Origin: Macrostomum lignano
Taxonomy: Eukaryota
Length of the DNA: 64,000 nt
Assembly: GCA_002269645.1 (NCBI GenBank)
Contig: NIVC01002640.1
Span: 54,364 to 118,363, forward strand
Direction: 5' to 3'
Below are positions 24,227 through 37,220 of the stretch, piece after piece. Numbering within the stretch: the stretch's first letter is position 1; each line of letters starts with the position of its first letter. A program made the position numbers and the translations under genes. The notes beneath the pieces were generated by a model. The model was given only the letters and a program-made list of their open reading frames with translations, had not been told where the DNA came from and made no database searches.

Positions 24227-27200
24227 CCCACTGGGAAAAACGATGTCGAAACGACGTCGTTTTGCGATGTCGTTTCGATGTCGTGGTTTTTCCCCGCCCT
24301 ACTACGTCGTTTCGACATCGTGTTTATATCGTTTCGACGTCGTATGTATGTCGTTTCGACATTGTATGTACGTCGTTTTTACATCGTATGTATGTCGCAA
24401 TGTCGTATTGATGTCGTATTCAATTTCATGTAGTTTTCGCGGCCCTCGCGTGTCGTAAAATGCAATTTAATCTATCTGCTGCTGATCGATAATGTCCTGC
24501 TAAAAATTTCTAAGCCATAAAAAACTATCATATACAAGTAGAATAGCTTAAAATGATTCTTTGCTAGATGGTAAATGTACTATTGGTTCAACTTCACTCG
24601 AGCTCCGGTATAAAATGATAGACAAGCGCACAGAATGAATCACACAGATCATACAGACATACCATTTTGTGCCAGTACGCTATAGCTAGTTGTAGAAAAA
24701 CCGGTAAATTCAATTATTGTGCAAGTTACAAATATTGAAATGAGTAAGGGATGTATGTAAGACAAACCATTTTTAGTATATGGACGATATAATCGTGTTT
24801 TAATATAATGGCACACAAGGTAACAGCAGAAGATGAATTACAAAAAAGTATAATTTGTATTATTTTTCTGTAAACTACGAGCTTTTTGGTAACAGTGACA
24901 GTGATAACAGTCAACTAACTGCATAAAAAATTGAAGCATAGATAACAGGGCTCAATGAGCTATAGCGAGCATTATAGATGAACTGTGAAAACATTGCACT
25001 GCAAAATAAAGAGGAAAACTTCTTCGAAAAAGAAGAAAAATCTAATTCGATAACAGCAAACAGCGAGAACTATGTGAGAAAAAGAAGTACTGATTAAATG
25101 GCTCAATGAGCTGGCATCTAAATAATCTTAAATTAGTATTATAATCTGTAGGGTTCTTCTGTATGGTTACATCTTACAATAGGGTTAGCCCATATTTCTA
25201 ATTGGTAATTAACCAAGGTGGTGCAGTGACGTCACGACAGATTAGGAGAATCGGCAGTGAGTGACAGGTAAGGACGCTGCGGTTGATGACAGGATTTTAA
25301 TAGTGAGAACAGGAGTAACAGGTGGATCTTGAAAGTGGGAAAGATCACATTGAAAAGGCATGGCGACTACAATGGCTGGGACTTAGGGAGCATGAGGATT
25401 CGCGGTTGAAGAGGATCAAACATCTGTACTGGGTGCGAAGAGAACGATAAGGTCAAAGATGACCTGGAGGAGTGTGGCACCTGGGCATGTCGGCTTTAAG
25501 AAGCAATGGACAGAGGCTGGATAGGTTCACTGACAGCTGTCATGTAAAGTAGGTCTGAGCCTATGAAGGATTTTGGACCACCTCCAATGAGGGGAAAATA
25601 AGCAGTGCGCAGGTTGTTTTTTGTCACTGTTGCACTTCATTCCTCCTCCCCAGTCGCTGATTCGCATCTCGCAGGTACCAACCAATGCGTGCCCCGATGG
25701 CTGCATCTGCCATTTGGGTACTTGGTATCGCATCTGAAAAGAAGGGTGATATGTAAAAGGACTGTTTGTAGATGACATTTTTCTTAACAAATCTCTTATT
25801 TTTAAATTTGTGTCAAAATGTATGCTTTACAAAAACAACATTGTAATACATGAAAAATTATCACTCATAAAGTAGATTAGTGGGATTAGAAAAAGCGAAC
25901 TATTTGACAATGATCAATGGTTCAATAATGCTAACCTTTGTGCCTCCTATTGGTCAGCCCTTCACTTGGTAGTCCTGGCCAGTTCTATTACACATGGTCT
26001 GGTAGTCTGGAACTTAGAATCAAGTTTATATTTGGAGTCCTAGTTCACTTTCATAATCTAATTTTATTTTCATATAAAAATAATTATTTATAAGCTTAAT
26101 AAATAACTTGATAAATAGATCACAATAAAATAATTGTTGAAAGAGGAATCTAAGAGGCTAAAATCTTTTTCTTTTAAAGCTATTATTAAGTTAGTATAGT
26201 TGTCAATTTTGAACTGAAATCATGCAAAAAAGTTTAATATTATAAAAGAACTTTATAATTATATGAAGCTATTCATTCTTGTTACGAATTCAATTTTTTA
26301 AAATGACAAAAATAAGCAAAAATAGTATTCTTTTTTAATTATATCTGGCAATTTAACATAATTCACATAGGTATTGGACTATTTGTCTAATAGGCCTAGC
26401 TATTTATTTGCTAATAGACAGATAATTCTAGGGCTAGGCTTAGTCTAAATTGAAAAGTTAAGAAAAATTAAAAAGGTATAGACCTAAAAATAATTTATAA
26501 GGAAACTTGTTCTAATTTTTTTCTTAACTAAATAATCAAATAGTCTAATATTATTGAAATTTTAAAAATGCAAAAAACAAAGCTACACTATATACCAACA
26601 CAATAGTGCACAAATTCACCATGGCATAGTAGCACTATACTATCATTGTAGTATGCTAGATATTATATACCAAGCATATTCTAAGGTCAATAGTACACTT
26701 AAAACCAATTGAATATAGCTTTCAAATAAATTTGCTAATCTATTAGAATTAGATATTTAAATTTAATAACATTAGCACAAGTATTATTAGGCCTAGTTAT
26801 ATTTATATTGTAGCATGGACAAAACTGATAGGCCTAAGGTCAATCATTAAAATTTCAATTAAAAATAAAAAAGATTCATTTAAATTTTTGATCAAGATTG
26901 ATGATCAAGATTTGAAATTAGATTATAGGCCTAGCTAGTCTAGTCAGTGTAATGATTTTAGATAACATGCACATGTTTGAAAAAAAATTACTAATAGAAC
27001 CATGTACATGAAGCATGATCATATCTACTGTAAACTGAATTAACTTGTAATGTGTGCAGTAGCAGTAGCTAGGCCTAGCCAGTGTGGATTTGCACAACTA
27101 ATACAATTAATACAGATCTAAATAAGTAAAACTCCTCAGCCTGCTCACTAAAAATTGTTTATTGACTAAAGCATGACGTGAAATAGCAATTTCATTTTGA

Positions 27201-27535
27201 ACTGTCACTGGAACGGAGAACTGTGATGCCGTGTGTAACCAATGTCGTTTCGACAATGTCAGTACGTCATGCTTTGGATATGGGTTCAATTGCAAAAATG
27301 ATGTCGTTACGACATTGATACGACATAATACTTCGATGTCGTACAAAACGACTTACTTACGACATGGAAAAAATACCCAATTTAAGCCAAATAAATACGA
27401 AAAAAAGCTAAAATAGGGACAATTATGCAATAATTAATCGTTTTTTCGATCCCATTTTCATTTTTTTAAAAACGACATGATTTCGATATCTTGATGTCGT
27501 TTCGACGTCGTTTCGATGTACCCTTTCCCAGTGGG
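24227..27535. mobile_element. 3.3-kb non-autonomous DNA transposon, CMC (CACTA/EnSpm-like) type
   Basis: Termini cccactgggaaa...tcgaaacgacgtcg and their reverse complement at 27535, a 2-bp TT TSD, and arrays of acgtcg/atgtcg subterminal repeats at both ends. Confidence 0.75.
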
Positions 27536-30501
27536 TTGTGTTTGCCGCGCTAAAATAACCTAGTCAGCCAAGCCTTGTGCTTGTGTTGATCAAAATCAAA
27601 ACTTCAGTCAGCTCTCAGTCAGATCGAACTCCGAAATTGTGAAATTGGTCCAACTTGACTAATCACCATGGGTGGCGGGAGCTTGCGGCACCGGAGGCAC
27701 ACGCCAGGGTCAGGATCGTGTACCGCTGTACGCCGGAACGAAAATTGCTTCCGTAGCTCATGCACGCCAATGTAGGCCAACGAACTTTTTATCGCATACA
27801 AAAATAGGCCAAAAAAAATTACAAATTACAACTAATATTAAACGCTTGCAAAATTTAAATAATCAAACAATTTATGTGCGCAAACTAAAAATCTTTGTAC
27901 TAAACTGTAGAGAACTAGTTCATTTTAACTATTTTTGTTTTACTTTTACTTTCCAAGAAAAGTTAAACCCAGTTTTTTAATTTAGTTTTCCGTTTTTTTC
28001 GTAAAACGGAATAGCAAATAGCAATCAAATACACAAGATAGGATATGCTACAAATGAAAAAAGAGTCAGAAAAGAGCTCACTGGTGTAGCTAAAATATAT
28101 GAAGTCATGAATAGCTAAAACAGTTAAACAAACTGAATCAGATACATCAGCAGTGTAACAAATCCGCTTTTCAGTTGTTTATTCATTTACTGTCTTTTTT
28201 AATTTCCTATATTTAAATCGTCGTTATTAGTTAAACGTAAAATTCTTTCGAATTATTGTTTATGTTCGTTTTTCACGCTTTGAAATATCACGCGCTTTCA
28301 AAAATACTACATCTTTTTTTTTTTTTTTTTTTACAAACTCGCTTACCAAAGTAATCTCGCAATTAAAGCTATACCTCGTAATTTGTACTCATTTTTGTAT
28401 TAATATTTATACTCGTTGTCACTTTTCGTCTAAAAATACCGTAAAAATTCTGGCGCGCTTTCAAATACTTTATCTTTTACAATAACTCAGCAAATCGTCG
28501 GTAAAATCGTCTTTATAAACTTCTATATTCGAAAATTCCAAATACATAGCTCTATAATATATTGGCCAAACAGGCTAATTGCCTGAGCCAAATTCTCTTA
28601 CTACTACTCGTAAAGGGTCGGCTACTTTCTGATCAAAATTTAGCTACTGTAACTATGTACATGGAAACTATGCCAAATGCAAACTTAATAATTTTTGTAT
28701 GCTAATGCTAATTATGTAGATTGATTGTTGGGACTCGAACTTTAGGTCCCACCTGCTGGTCTCGGCAATCTCTATACGCCAAGCTGTACGCCAAGAGGGC
28801 ACGCCAGGCGAGGCGCCTTTGTACGCCAAGTTGTACGCCAATGTGTAATCTAGGTCCCGGCGTACATGTATACCATCCGGAGTCTGGGGCACATGCCCCC
28901 CCCCCCCCCCGAAAATGAGTCCACGTGGTAATTTTCAGTTCTTTTTCTGATTTTAGGTCCTAATTAGCAGCTTATAAAGGCACATGTGCCCCCCTTGCCC
29001 TGTGCCGCCGCCTGGTTCCCCCCTCAAATATTAGGTTCCGCCAGACCGCCACCCCTGCTAATCACCATGATCAAGACTCAAGAGGCTGGCTATATAGGAA
29101 TGTCACGCGCTTGTGTGCCTGCTCAGGGAAGTTGGCAGAATGGGCAGTAATGCCTCTCGCCAGTTGTGCTTGTGCAATAGTGTGATGTGAACCCATGGTC
29201 CTAGCCTTAGACCTATTGTTTCTGGGCTTGCTTATTGCCAATACCAGTAGGCCTATTATGACCCCCCTGGCCAGCCAGTGGCTGCCCCCAACCAACTGTT
29301 TAGCTTAGTTATTATAATATTAGTAATTTAGCTGGCTAGGCCTACCAATTTTTGGCAAAAAATGGAAAAGTCCTTAAGTTTTGTCTTATTTGGATGTCAT
29401 TTAGTGATTTATTTAATTTTTTTTGGCTTACCATGTTTGCTAAGTTTATAAATATAATATTGTATTTTATTCCTAATCCTAACAGTTAATATTTCTATTT
29501 ATGTTATCAAGTCCTAGGCCTAACTATATTATCTATTACCTTTTCTTTTTTATCTTTATATAGTATTATGATTTAGGCTATTATATATGTATATTTTTAG
29601 AAGTATTCTAACATTTTCTAATGTCTTAGCCTTAGGCTTAGGCTAATAATAAATATTAAAGAATAATTAATTAGTATTAAAAGTCAAATAAAATATCTTT
29701 AGCCCTACTGTATTGCAGTGCATAGCTTGGGTACACTAGACACCCACCCTAACTAGGCCATGATGGTACCTAAGAAAAGATAATAGATGTACTAGGCCAG
29801 GGCCCGGATTGTGTAATAGTTAAGATAGGGTGGAGAAATGGAAATTTTCTGGCAGTTGGAGAGTTTTGAACTTTGAATTTCTGCTGGCATTGCATTTGCA
29901 CAAGTTAAATCCAGAGAATTGCATAGACAAATCACAATGAAGTTTTCTCCTATTTTATTCTGACTGCCAGGTTTTCAAGTCTAGGGGAAAGGTAGTTGCA
30001 ATTGTAGGCAAGCAGTCTTTTAGTGGCATGGTCATTCAAATGATAGACATCAGAGACTCTGACATTGTGAATTAATGCCTCAATATGCTGAGCTGATTAC
30101 TATCAGTAGGATAGAGTTGCCACTACCATAATTTTCATATTATGGAATGCAATTAGTCTCGGAGCTTCTTTGAATTGAGAACATTAATTGTTTTATGCCC
30201 TGTGGGCAAATGACTTAATATAAACTACTGGGGCTTTGATTACTTAATGAAGATAAATTAGTCAATAAGTGTGAGCTGCTTATTATTATTAATGGCTAGT
30301 AAAAGATTATCAAACAAAATTAATTAAAATTAAAGGTTACTTAAGACCCATTGCTATTAGAGATTTTGGCGATCTGGCGTGCTAGGGTGCTGAATAAACT
30401 AAATAAGTATTAGCTGAACAGACAACAAATTTAGCAAAGGTTAAAGGGTTCAGCCAAGAGGAACTAAAGGTCTCAGAGGAAGAAGAGAGAAAAAGGAGAG
30501 G

Positions 30502-30504
<3 letters not shown>

Positions 30505-30571
<67 letters not shown>
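30505..30571. repeat. (GA)n microsatellite
   Basis: Directly visible. Confidence 0.98.
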
Positions 30572-30575
<4 letters not shown>

Positions 30576-31559
30576 AGATTGTGCATCATTTCCAGCATTG
30601 AAATAATTATGCAAAGGAAACAATACATTGATTGGAGCATTCATAGGAAAAGGAGGCAAAAGGGGCAACTCTGGGAGCTACAAATGGCATATCATATGAA
30701 CAAAATTAAACAAAATAATAATGAACTTAAGCACATGCAAAAGTAAATGACCACTAAAAGGGGCAACAAAGGGGCCACAACCGGGAAAAAGACAAACCAC
30801 ACAAGGGCACAGCAGGAGGACCAACCAAAGGGGCAAACCTAGGAGTAGGAGATGGCAGAAACACGTCATGGGGAACCTCAGGGTAGACAGAGAAGACTAA
30901 ACCTGGAAAAGAAAAAAAAACACAGTGGTAGCCCCACTTACCACATAGTGTATGCCAAAACAAGGATCCTATCTTAGCTAAATGTATGCCAGTGTATGCC
31001 AAAAACAAACAATTTCCCTAAAATGTATGCCATAAAATTCCTCCTAAAAGGTCATTTGGTTTTCACAAATAAAGTTTTCTAAGAAAGGCTTTTGTATGAA
31101 AAGTCTTTAATAATTTAAAATTTTCATTTTAAACAAACTTAAATTATACCTACAAAAAGAGTAATACAAAACTTAGCAATAATTCTTAATATAATTCTTA
31201 ATATTCTTAAATAGCAATATAACTTTTCAATAATTCTTAGCAATAATTTATACTAATTTTATTTATTGTTAATTTTAAAGAAGCAAAAAGTTTATCATTG
31301 ACTTTCTAGACTATTATAAAAATCTGCTTTATTTTACATAAAAATGTTAATTTACAATACAATTTTCATGCATGGCATGAATTTATTCACCAAAATTTGT
31401 ATGCCAAAAAATTTGCATGAAATTTCTATGCCAAAAAAATCTGCATGAATTTGTACACAGTACTGTGTCAGTTCATTTTTAAATTGCAATCAAATATTGT
31501 AAAAAGTTTGACTAACTTGTGTCAATAAAAAAATTTAAATGCCTTTTAAAAATTTTGTG

Positions 31560-33656
31560 GGGTCCTGACACTAATTTGATTTGCAATGATTTGTAATTTG
31601 ATTTGCAACCAGTCCTGACACTAATTTGATTTACAACCAGTCCTGACACTAATTTGATTTGCAGCCAGTCCTGACACTAATTTGATTTACAACCAGTCCT
31701 GACACTAATTTGATTTGCAACCAGTCCTGACACTAATTTGATTTGCAACCAGTCCTGACACTAATTTTATTTGCAACCAGTCCTGACACTAATTTGATTT
31801 GCAATGATTTGTAATTTGATTTGCAACCAGTCCTGACACTAATTTGATTTGCAATGATTTGTAATTTGATTTGCAACCAGTCCTGACACTAATTTGATTT
31901 ACAACCAGTCCTGACACTAATTTGATTTGCAGCCAGTCCTGACACTAATTTGATTTGCAACCAGTCCTGACACTAATTTGATTTACAACCAGTCCTGACA
32001 CTAATTTGATTTGCAACCAGTCCTGACACTAATTTGATTTACAACCAGTCCTGACACTAATTTGATTTGCAACCAGTCCTGACACTAATTTGATTTGCAA
32101 CCAGTCCTGACTCCTGGCACTAATTTGATTTGCAGCCAGTCCTGGCACTAATTTGATTTACAACCAGTCCTGACACTAATTTGATTTGCAGCCAGTCCTG
32201 ACACTAATTTGATTTACAACCAGTCCTGACACTAATTTGATTTGCAACCAGTCCTGACACTAATTTGATTTACAACCAGTCCTGACACTAATTTGATTTG
32301 CAACCAGTCCTGACACTAATTTGATTTGCAACCAGTCCTGACACTAATTTTATTTGCAACCAGTCCTGACACTAATTTGATTTGCAATGATTTGTAATTT
32401 GATTTGCAACCAGTCCTGACACTAATTTGATTTGCAATGATTTGTAATTTGATTTGCAACCAGTCCTGACACTAATTTGATTTACAACCAGTCCTGACAC
32501 TAATTTGATTTGCAGCCAGTCCTGACACTAATTTGATTTGCAACCAGTCCTGACACTAATTTGATTTACAACCAGTCCTGACACTAATTTGATTTGCAAC
32601 CAGTCCTGACACTAATTTGATTTACAACCAGTCCTGACACTAATTTGATTTGCAACCAGTCCTGACACTAATTTGATTTGCAACCAGTCCTGACTCCTGG
32701 CACTAATTTGATTTGCAGCCAGTCCTGGCACTAATTTGATTTACAACCAGTCCTGACACTAATTTGATTTGCAGCCAGTCCTGACACTAATTTGATTTAC
32801 AACCAGTCCTGACACTAATTTGATTTGCAACCAGTCCTGACACTAATTTGATTTACAACCAGTCCTGACACTAATTTGATTTGCAGCCAGTCCTGACACT
32901 AATTTGATTTGCAACCAGTCCTGACACTAATTTGATTTGCAACCAGTCCTGACACTAATTTGATTTGCAACCAGTCCTGACTCCTGGCACTAATTTGATT
33001 TGCAGCCAGTCCTGACACTAATTTGATTTGCAACCAGTCCTGACACTAATTTGATTTGCAACCAGTCCTGACTCCTGGCACTAATTTGATTTGCAACCAG
33101 TCCTGACACTAATTTGATTTGCAGCCAGTCCTGACACTAATTTGATTTGCAACCAGTCCTGACACTAATTTGATTTGCAACCAGTCCTGACACTAATTTG
33201 ATTTGCAGCCAGTCCTGACACTAATTTGATTTGCAACCAGTCCTGACACTAATTTGATTTGCAGCCAGTCCTGACACTAATTTGATTTGCAACCAGTCCT
33301 GACACTAATTTGATTTACAACCAGTCCTGACACTAATTTGATTTGCAACCAGTCCTGACACTAATTTGATTTGCAGCCAGTCCTGACACTAATTTGATTT
33401 GCAACCAGTCCTGACACTAATTTGATTTACAGCCAGTCCTGACACTTATTTTATTTGCAGCCAGTCCTGACACTAATTTGATTTACAACCAGTCCTGACA
33501 CTAATTTGATTTGCAACCAGTCCTGACACTAATTTGATTTACAACCAGTCCTGACACTAATTTGATTTGCAACCAGTCCTGACACTAATTTTATTTGCAG
33601 CCAGTCCTGACACTAATTTGATTTGCAACCAGTCCTGACACTAAATTTATTGCATG
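31560..33656 (+). repeat. 28-bp satellite (ccagtcctgacactaatttgatttgcaa), ~70-75 copies
   Basis: Head-to-tail units with re-duplicated variant blocks. The last unit grades into the spliced-leader-like sequence and ATG at 33654. Confidence 0.97.
33640..33656 (+). other. Genomic copy of a flatworm spliced-leader 3' end (actaaatttattgcATG)
   Basis: 16/17 match to the M. lignano SL 3' end as I recall it (...ACTCAATTTATTGCATG). Flatworm SLs end in TGCATG. It is followed by exon-like sequence, not by the GT of an SL RNA gene. Confidence 0.65.
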
Positions 33657-34118
33657 CCAGTCCCAGCCATAATGTCCACTGAGAACAGCAACGACCAGGA
33701 GGCTTCTGTTGACCGGGACCTAAACTTGAAGAAGCCCGCCAACGACCTTGCCGACGATTCCTGCGAGAGCGAAGGTGCCAACGGCGAAGAGGGCGACGCC
33801 GCCGGCGAGGACAACAGCCGCGCCAACGAATCTGACGATGACGAGGGCGAGAGCGACGCTGAGGAGGATGAAGGAGAGGAGCCCGGCGAGGGCTATGGGG
33901 ATGGCGATGGCGAAAGCGAGGCCGCTGCCAACAACAGTCGGAAGCGTCGCGTTGAGGATAACGAAGACGAAGAGGACGAGGAGGAGGTCGGCGACCAGGA
34001 CTTCGACGAGGACGAGGCTGAAGAGGCCGTGCCGGAGAAGCGGTCGCGCCGAGCGCTGCCAGGCGACAGCAACAGTAACAGTCGGCAGTCGGTGGACGAG
34101 GTCAGCTCGTCTGCTTGA
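33654..34118 (+). CDS. Intronless acidic intrinsically disordered protein (prothymosin-like composition), probable retrocopy
   Basis: 154-aa ORF, very D/E-rich, with basic clusters SRKRR and PEKRSRR and GC3-rich codons. A second in-frame ATG lies at 33672. Confidence 0.75.
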   Translation: MPVPAIMSTENSNDQEASVDRDLNLKKPANDLADDSCESEGANGEEGDAAGEDNSRANESDDDEGESDAEEDEGEEPGEGYGDGDGESEAAANNSRKRRVEDNEDEEDEEEVGDQDFDEDEAEEAVPEKRSRRALPGDSNSNSRQSVDEVSSSA

Positions 34119-34214
34119 GCTCTGGTGATTTGGTGGCACCAGCTGCTGCCCGTGCTGACATGTGCGAGTGGTATTATACATAATCAGTGGGAAAGTGCAG
34201 GCAACGATCAGGGT

Positions 34215-34942
34215 TCAGGCCTCAGAACTCAGGTGACACACATCTCCCCTCAGATCAGGCCTCAGAACTCAGGTGACACACATCTCCCCTCAGATCAGGC
34301 CTCAGAACTCAGGTGACACACATCTCCCCTCAGATCAGGACTCAGAACTCAGGTGACACACATCTCCCCTCAGATCAGGCCTCAGAACTCAGGTGACACA
34401 CATCTCCCCTCAGATCAGGCCTCAGAACTCAGGTGACACATCTCCCCTCAGATCAGGCCTCAGAACTCAGGTGACACATCTCCCCTCAGATCAGGCCTCA
34501 GATCTCAGGTGACACACATCTCCCCTCAGATCAGGCCTCAGAACTCAGGTGACACACATCTCCCCTCAGATCAGGCCTCAGAACTCAGGTGACACACATC
34601 TCCCCTCAGATCAGGCCTCAGAACTCAGGTGACACAAATCTCCCCTCAGATCAGGACTCAGAACTCAGGTGACACAAATCTCCCCTCAGATCAGGCCTCA
34701 GAACTCAGGTGACACAAATCTCCCCTCAGATCAGGCCTCAGAACTCAGGTGACACACATCTCCCCTCAGATCAGGCCTCAGAACTCAGGTGACACACATC
34801 TCCCCTCAGATCAGGCCTCAGAACTCAGGTGACACACATCTCCCCTCAGATCAGGCCTCAGAACTCAGGTGACACACATCTCCCCTCAGCTGATCAGGCC
34901 TCAGAACTCAGGTGACACACATCTCCCCTCAGATCAGGCCTC
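34215..34942. repeat. 40-bp minisatellite (tcaggcctcagaactcaggtgacacacatctcccctcaga), ~18 copies
   Basis: Directly visible, starting ~100 bp after the acidic ORF stop. Confidence 0.97.
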
Positions 34943-35641
34943 ATTAATTCGAACTCATTAAACCAAGCAAGAAGTGTCCCACACACCAGCTGGTGAAGTC
35001 AGCGGCACAAGGCTATATTATTCATTGTTGTAAGTGCAGCTGTATTCCAAATACCTTTTTGTTCGTTGTTGTTTAAATGTTTGTTTTTTTAACTATTAAT
35101 TACACTAGCTAGCCCATTTAACTTTACTGTTTCACGTCGTCACAATTTGGACTCACTGTGCTCAACTATCTTATTAATGTTTAGCAAGGTTGTGTTAATA
35201 GGTGTTTCAATTTCACTGAACTTAATGCTAGAATAATGTTTATGTATTATAGTTAACCTATAGCTCTGCTCGACATTAAATTGCAGTTAAAATTCACAGC
35301 ATAAAGACCACGACGAATGCGTATTAATTGGCTCTCTACTGCCAGCACTAGTAGTATATGCAGTTTTTTTATAGTTTTTTATCGACATAATAATCAAAGG
35401 TTTGTTAGTCAGCATTTACAAAGGCACAGGTGTTACCCGTCAGCAGCTGTTTTTATTATCTAATTATTATTTTATCAATTTACTGCGCTGTCAGTTTCAA
35501 TTGTCTGTGGAATGCGGCGTCTACTAGCTAAGTAGGCTCTAACGTGTTTTGTTAGTATTGTAAACGTTGGTTTTGTTGGCTGTTGTTTTTTATTACTTTT
35601 TTTCACTCAGTTATTGGTTCGCTCCACAAATACTAGATTAA

Positions 35642-36023
35642 CTAGATGGGCCACTCAGCACATTTAGTTCAGTAGTATGTTAAACAGAAGCATTATATTA
35701 GCTCTTAACTCTTAACCCCCCCCACCCCTAACTTCAACCCTCCAACCGCGCCTTTCCACACTACCCCCTCCCCCCACCCGCCTCAATTTTTATTGCCTTT
35801 CTCGGAATTCCAGCCTAAAGCTGCCATGTACATTCCAGTGGACTGTCTAATGTACATTATTGCTGAACCAATTAGCAAGTTGTTTATGCCTGCAAGCTTG
35901 GGCTTCTAAACTTATCAAAGTCATTTCAGCTGCCTTCAGCTGCCTTTATTTTTATAAAATAGCTTATGTATTCTTCTTTGCTACTGAACTGAAAGTAGAA
36001 AGTTAATTAGAGTGGCCCATCTA
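35642..36023. mobile_element. MITE copy 2 (inverted relative to 19287-19661)
   Basis: Same TIR (ctagatgggccactcag...gagtggcccatcta) and the same internal sequence in reverse orientation. Confidence 0.8.
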
Positions 36024-36321
36024 TCTGTGCTCAAACCTGACACGAAGACTGATTTTTGTCGTCATTGTCGCTGAACAGCTAAAAATTAATTAATTAATTA
36101 CTACTTCATTCGTTAATAAATTTGTTTTAAATGCACCTGTGTGTTCAGTAAAAAAGTTTTTTTTCATTTTTAATAAATACATTTTTTATTTAACCATCTA
36201 CAGAATTTTTCTGTTTCGCGTCGTTTACAAATCCAGATGTGCCGCTGTCCTGCTTGCCTTGTTATACTCGGGGATCCTGTGGGTTAATAGCATTGCCTGA
36301 CTTATCTAACACCCTTAACAG

Positions 36322-37220
36322 GTGCTTTAGCTCACCCTGTAACATCACTGTCTAACACCCTAGCTGGTAGGCTTTAGCTCACCCTGTAACATCACTGTCT
36401 AACACCCTAGCTGGTAGGCTTTAGCTCACCCTGTAACATCCCTGTCTAACACCCTAGCTGGTAGGCTTTAGCTCACCCTGTAACATCCCTGTCTAACACC
36501 CTAGCTGGTAGGCTTTAGCTCACCCTGTAACATCCCTGTCTAACACCCTAGCTGGTAGGCTTTAGCTCACCCTGTAACATCCCTGTCTAACACCCTAGCT
36601 GGTAGGCTTTAGCTCACCCTGTAACATCTCTGTCTAACACCCTAGCTGGTAGGCTTTAGCTCACCCTGTAACATCTCTGTCTAACACCCTAGCTGGTAGG
36701 CTTTAGCTCACCCTGTAACATCCCTGTCTAACACCCTAGCTGGTAGGCTTTAGCTCACCCTGTAACATCCCTGTCTAACACCCTAGCTGGTAGGCTTTAG
36801 CTCACCCTGTAACATCCCTGTCTAACACCCTAGCTGGTAGGCTTTAGCTCACCCTGTAACATCCCTGTCTAACACCCTAGCTGGTAGGCTTTAGCTCACC
36901 CTGTAACATCCCTGTCTAACACCCTAGCTGGTAGGCTTTAGCTCACCCTGTAACATCCCTGTCTAACACCCTAGCTGGTAGGCTTTAGCTCACCCTGTAA
37001 CATCCCTGTCTAACACCCTAGCTGGTAGGCTTTAGCTCACCCTGTAACATCTCTGTCTAACACCCTAGCTGGTAGGCTTTAGCTCACCCTGTAACATCCC
37101 TGTCTAACACCCTAGCTGGTAGGCTTTAGCTCACCCTGTAACATCTCTGTCTAACACCCTAGCTGGTAGGCTTTAGCTCACCCTGTAACATCTCTGTCTA
37201 ACACCTTAGCTGGTAGGCTG
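36322..37220. repeat. 47-bp minisatellite (gctttagctcaccctgtaacatccctgtctaacaccctagctggtag), ~19 copies
   Basis: Directly visible. Confidence 0.98.

Noticed and set aside
25147-25530. Solo LTR inside the CMC element
   Set aside because: Starts with TG and is GC-richer, but I could not find a matching CA end with a TSD, PBS or PPT.
28850-29057. hAT MITE with a cagggg terminus
   Set aside because: Only one convincing end was found and no TSD, so at most a fragment.
33600-33760. SL RNA gene at the spliced-leader-like sequence
   Set aside because: An SL RNA gene needs GT right after the terminal ATG and a downstream Sm site. Here coding sequence follows directly.
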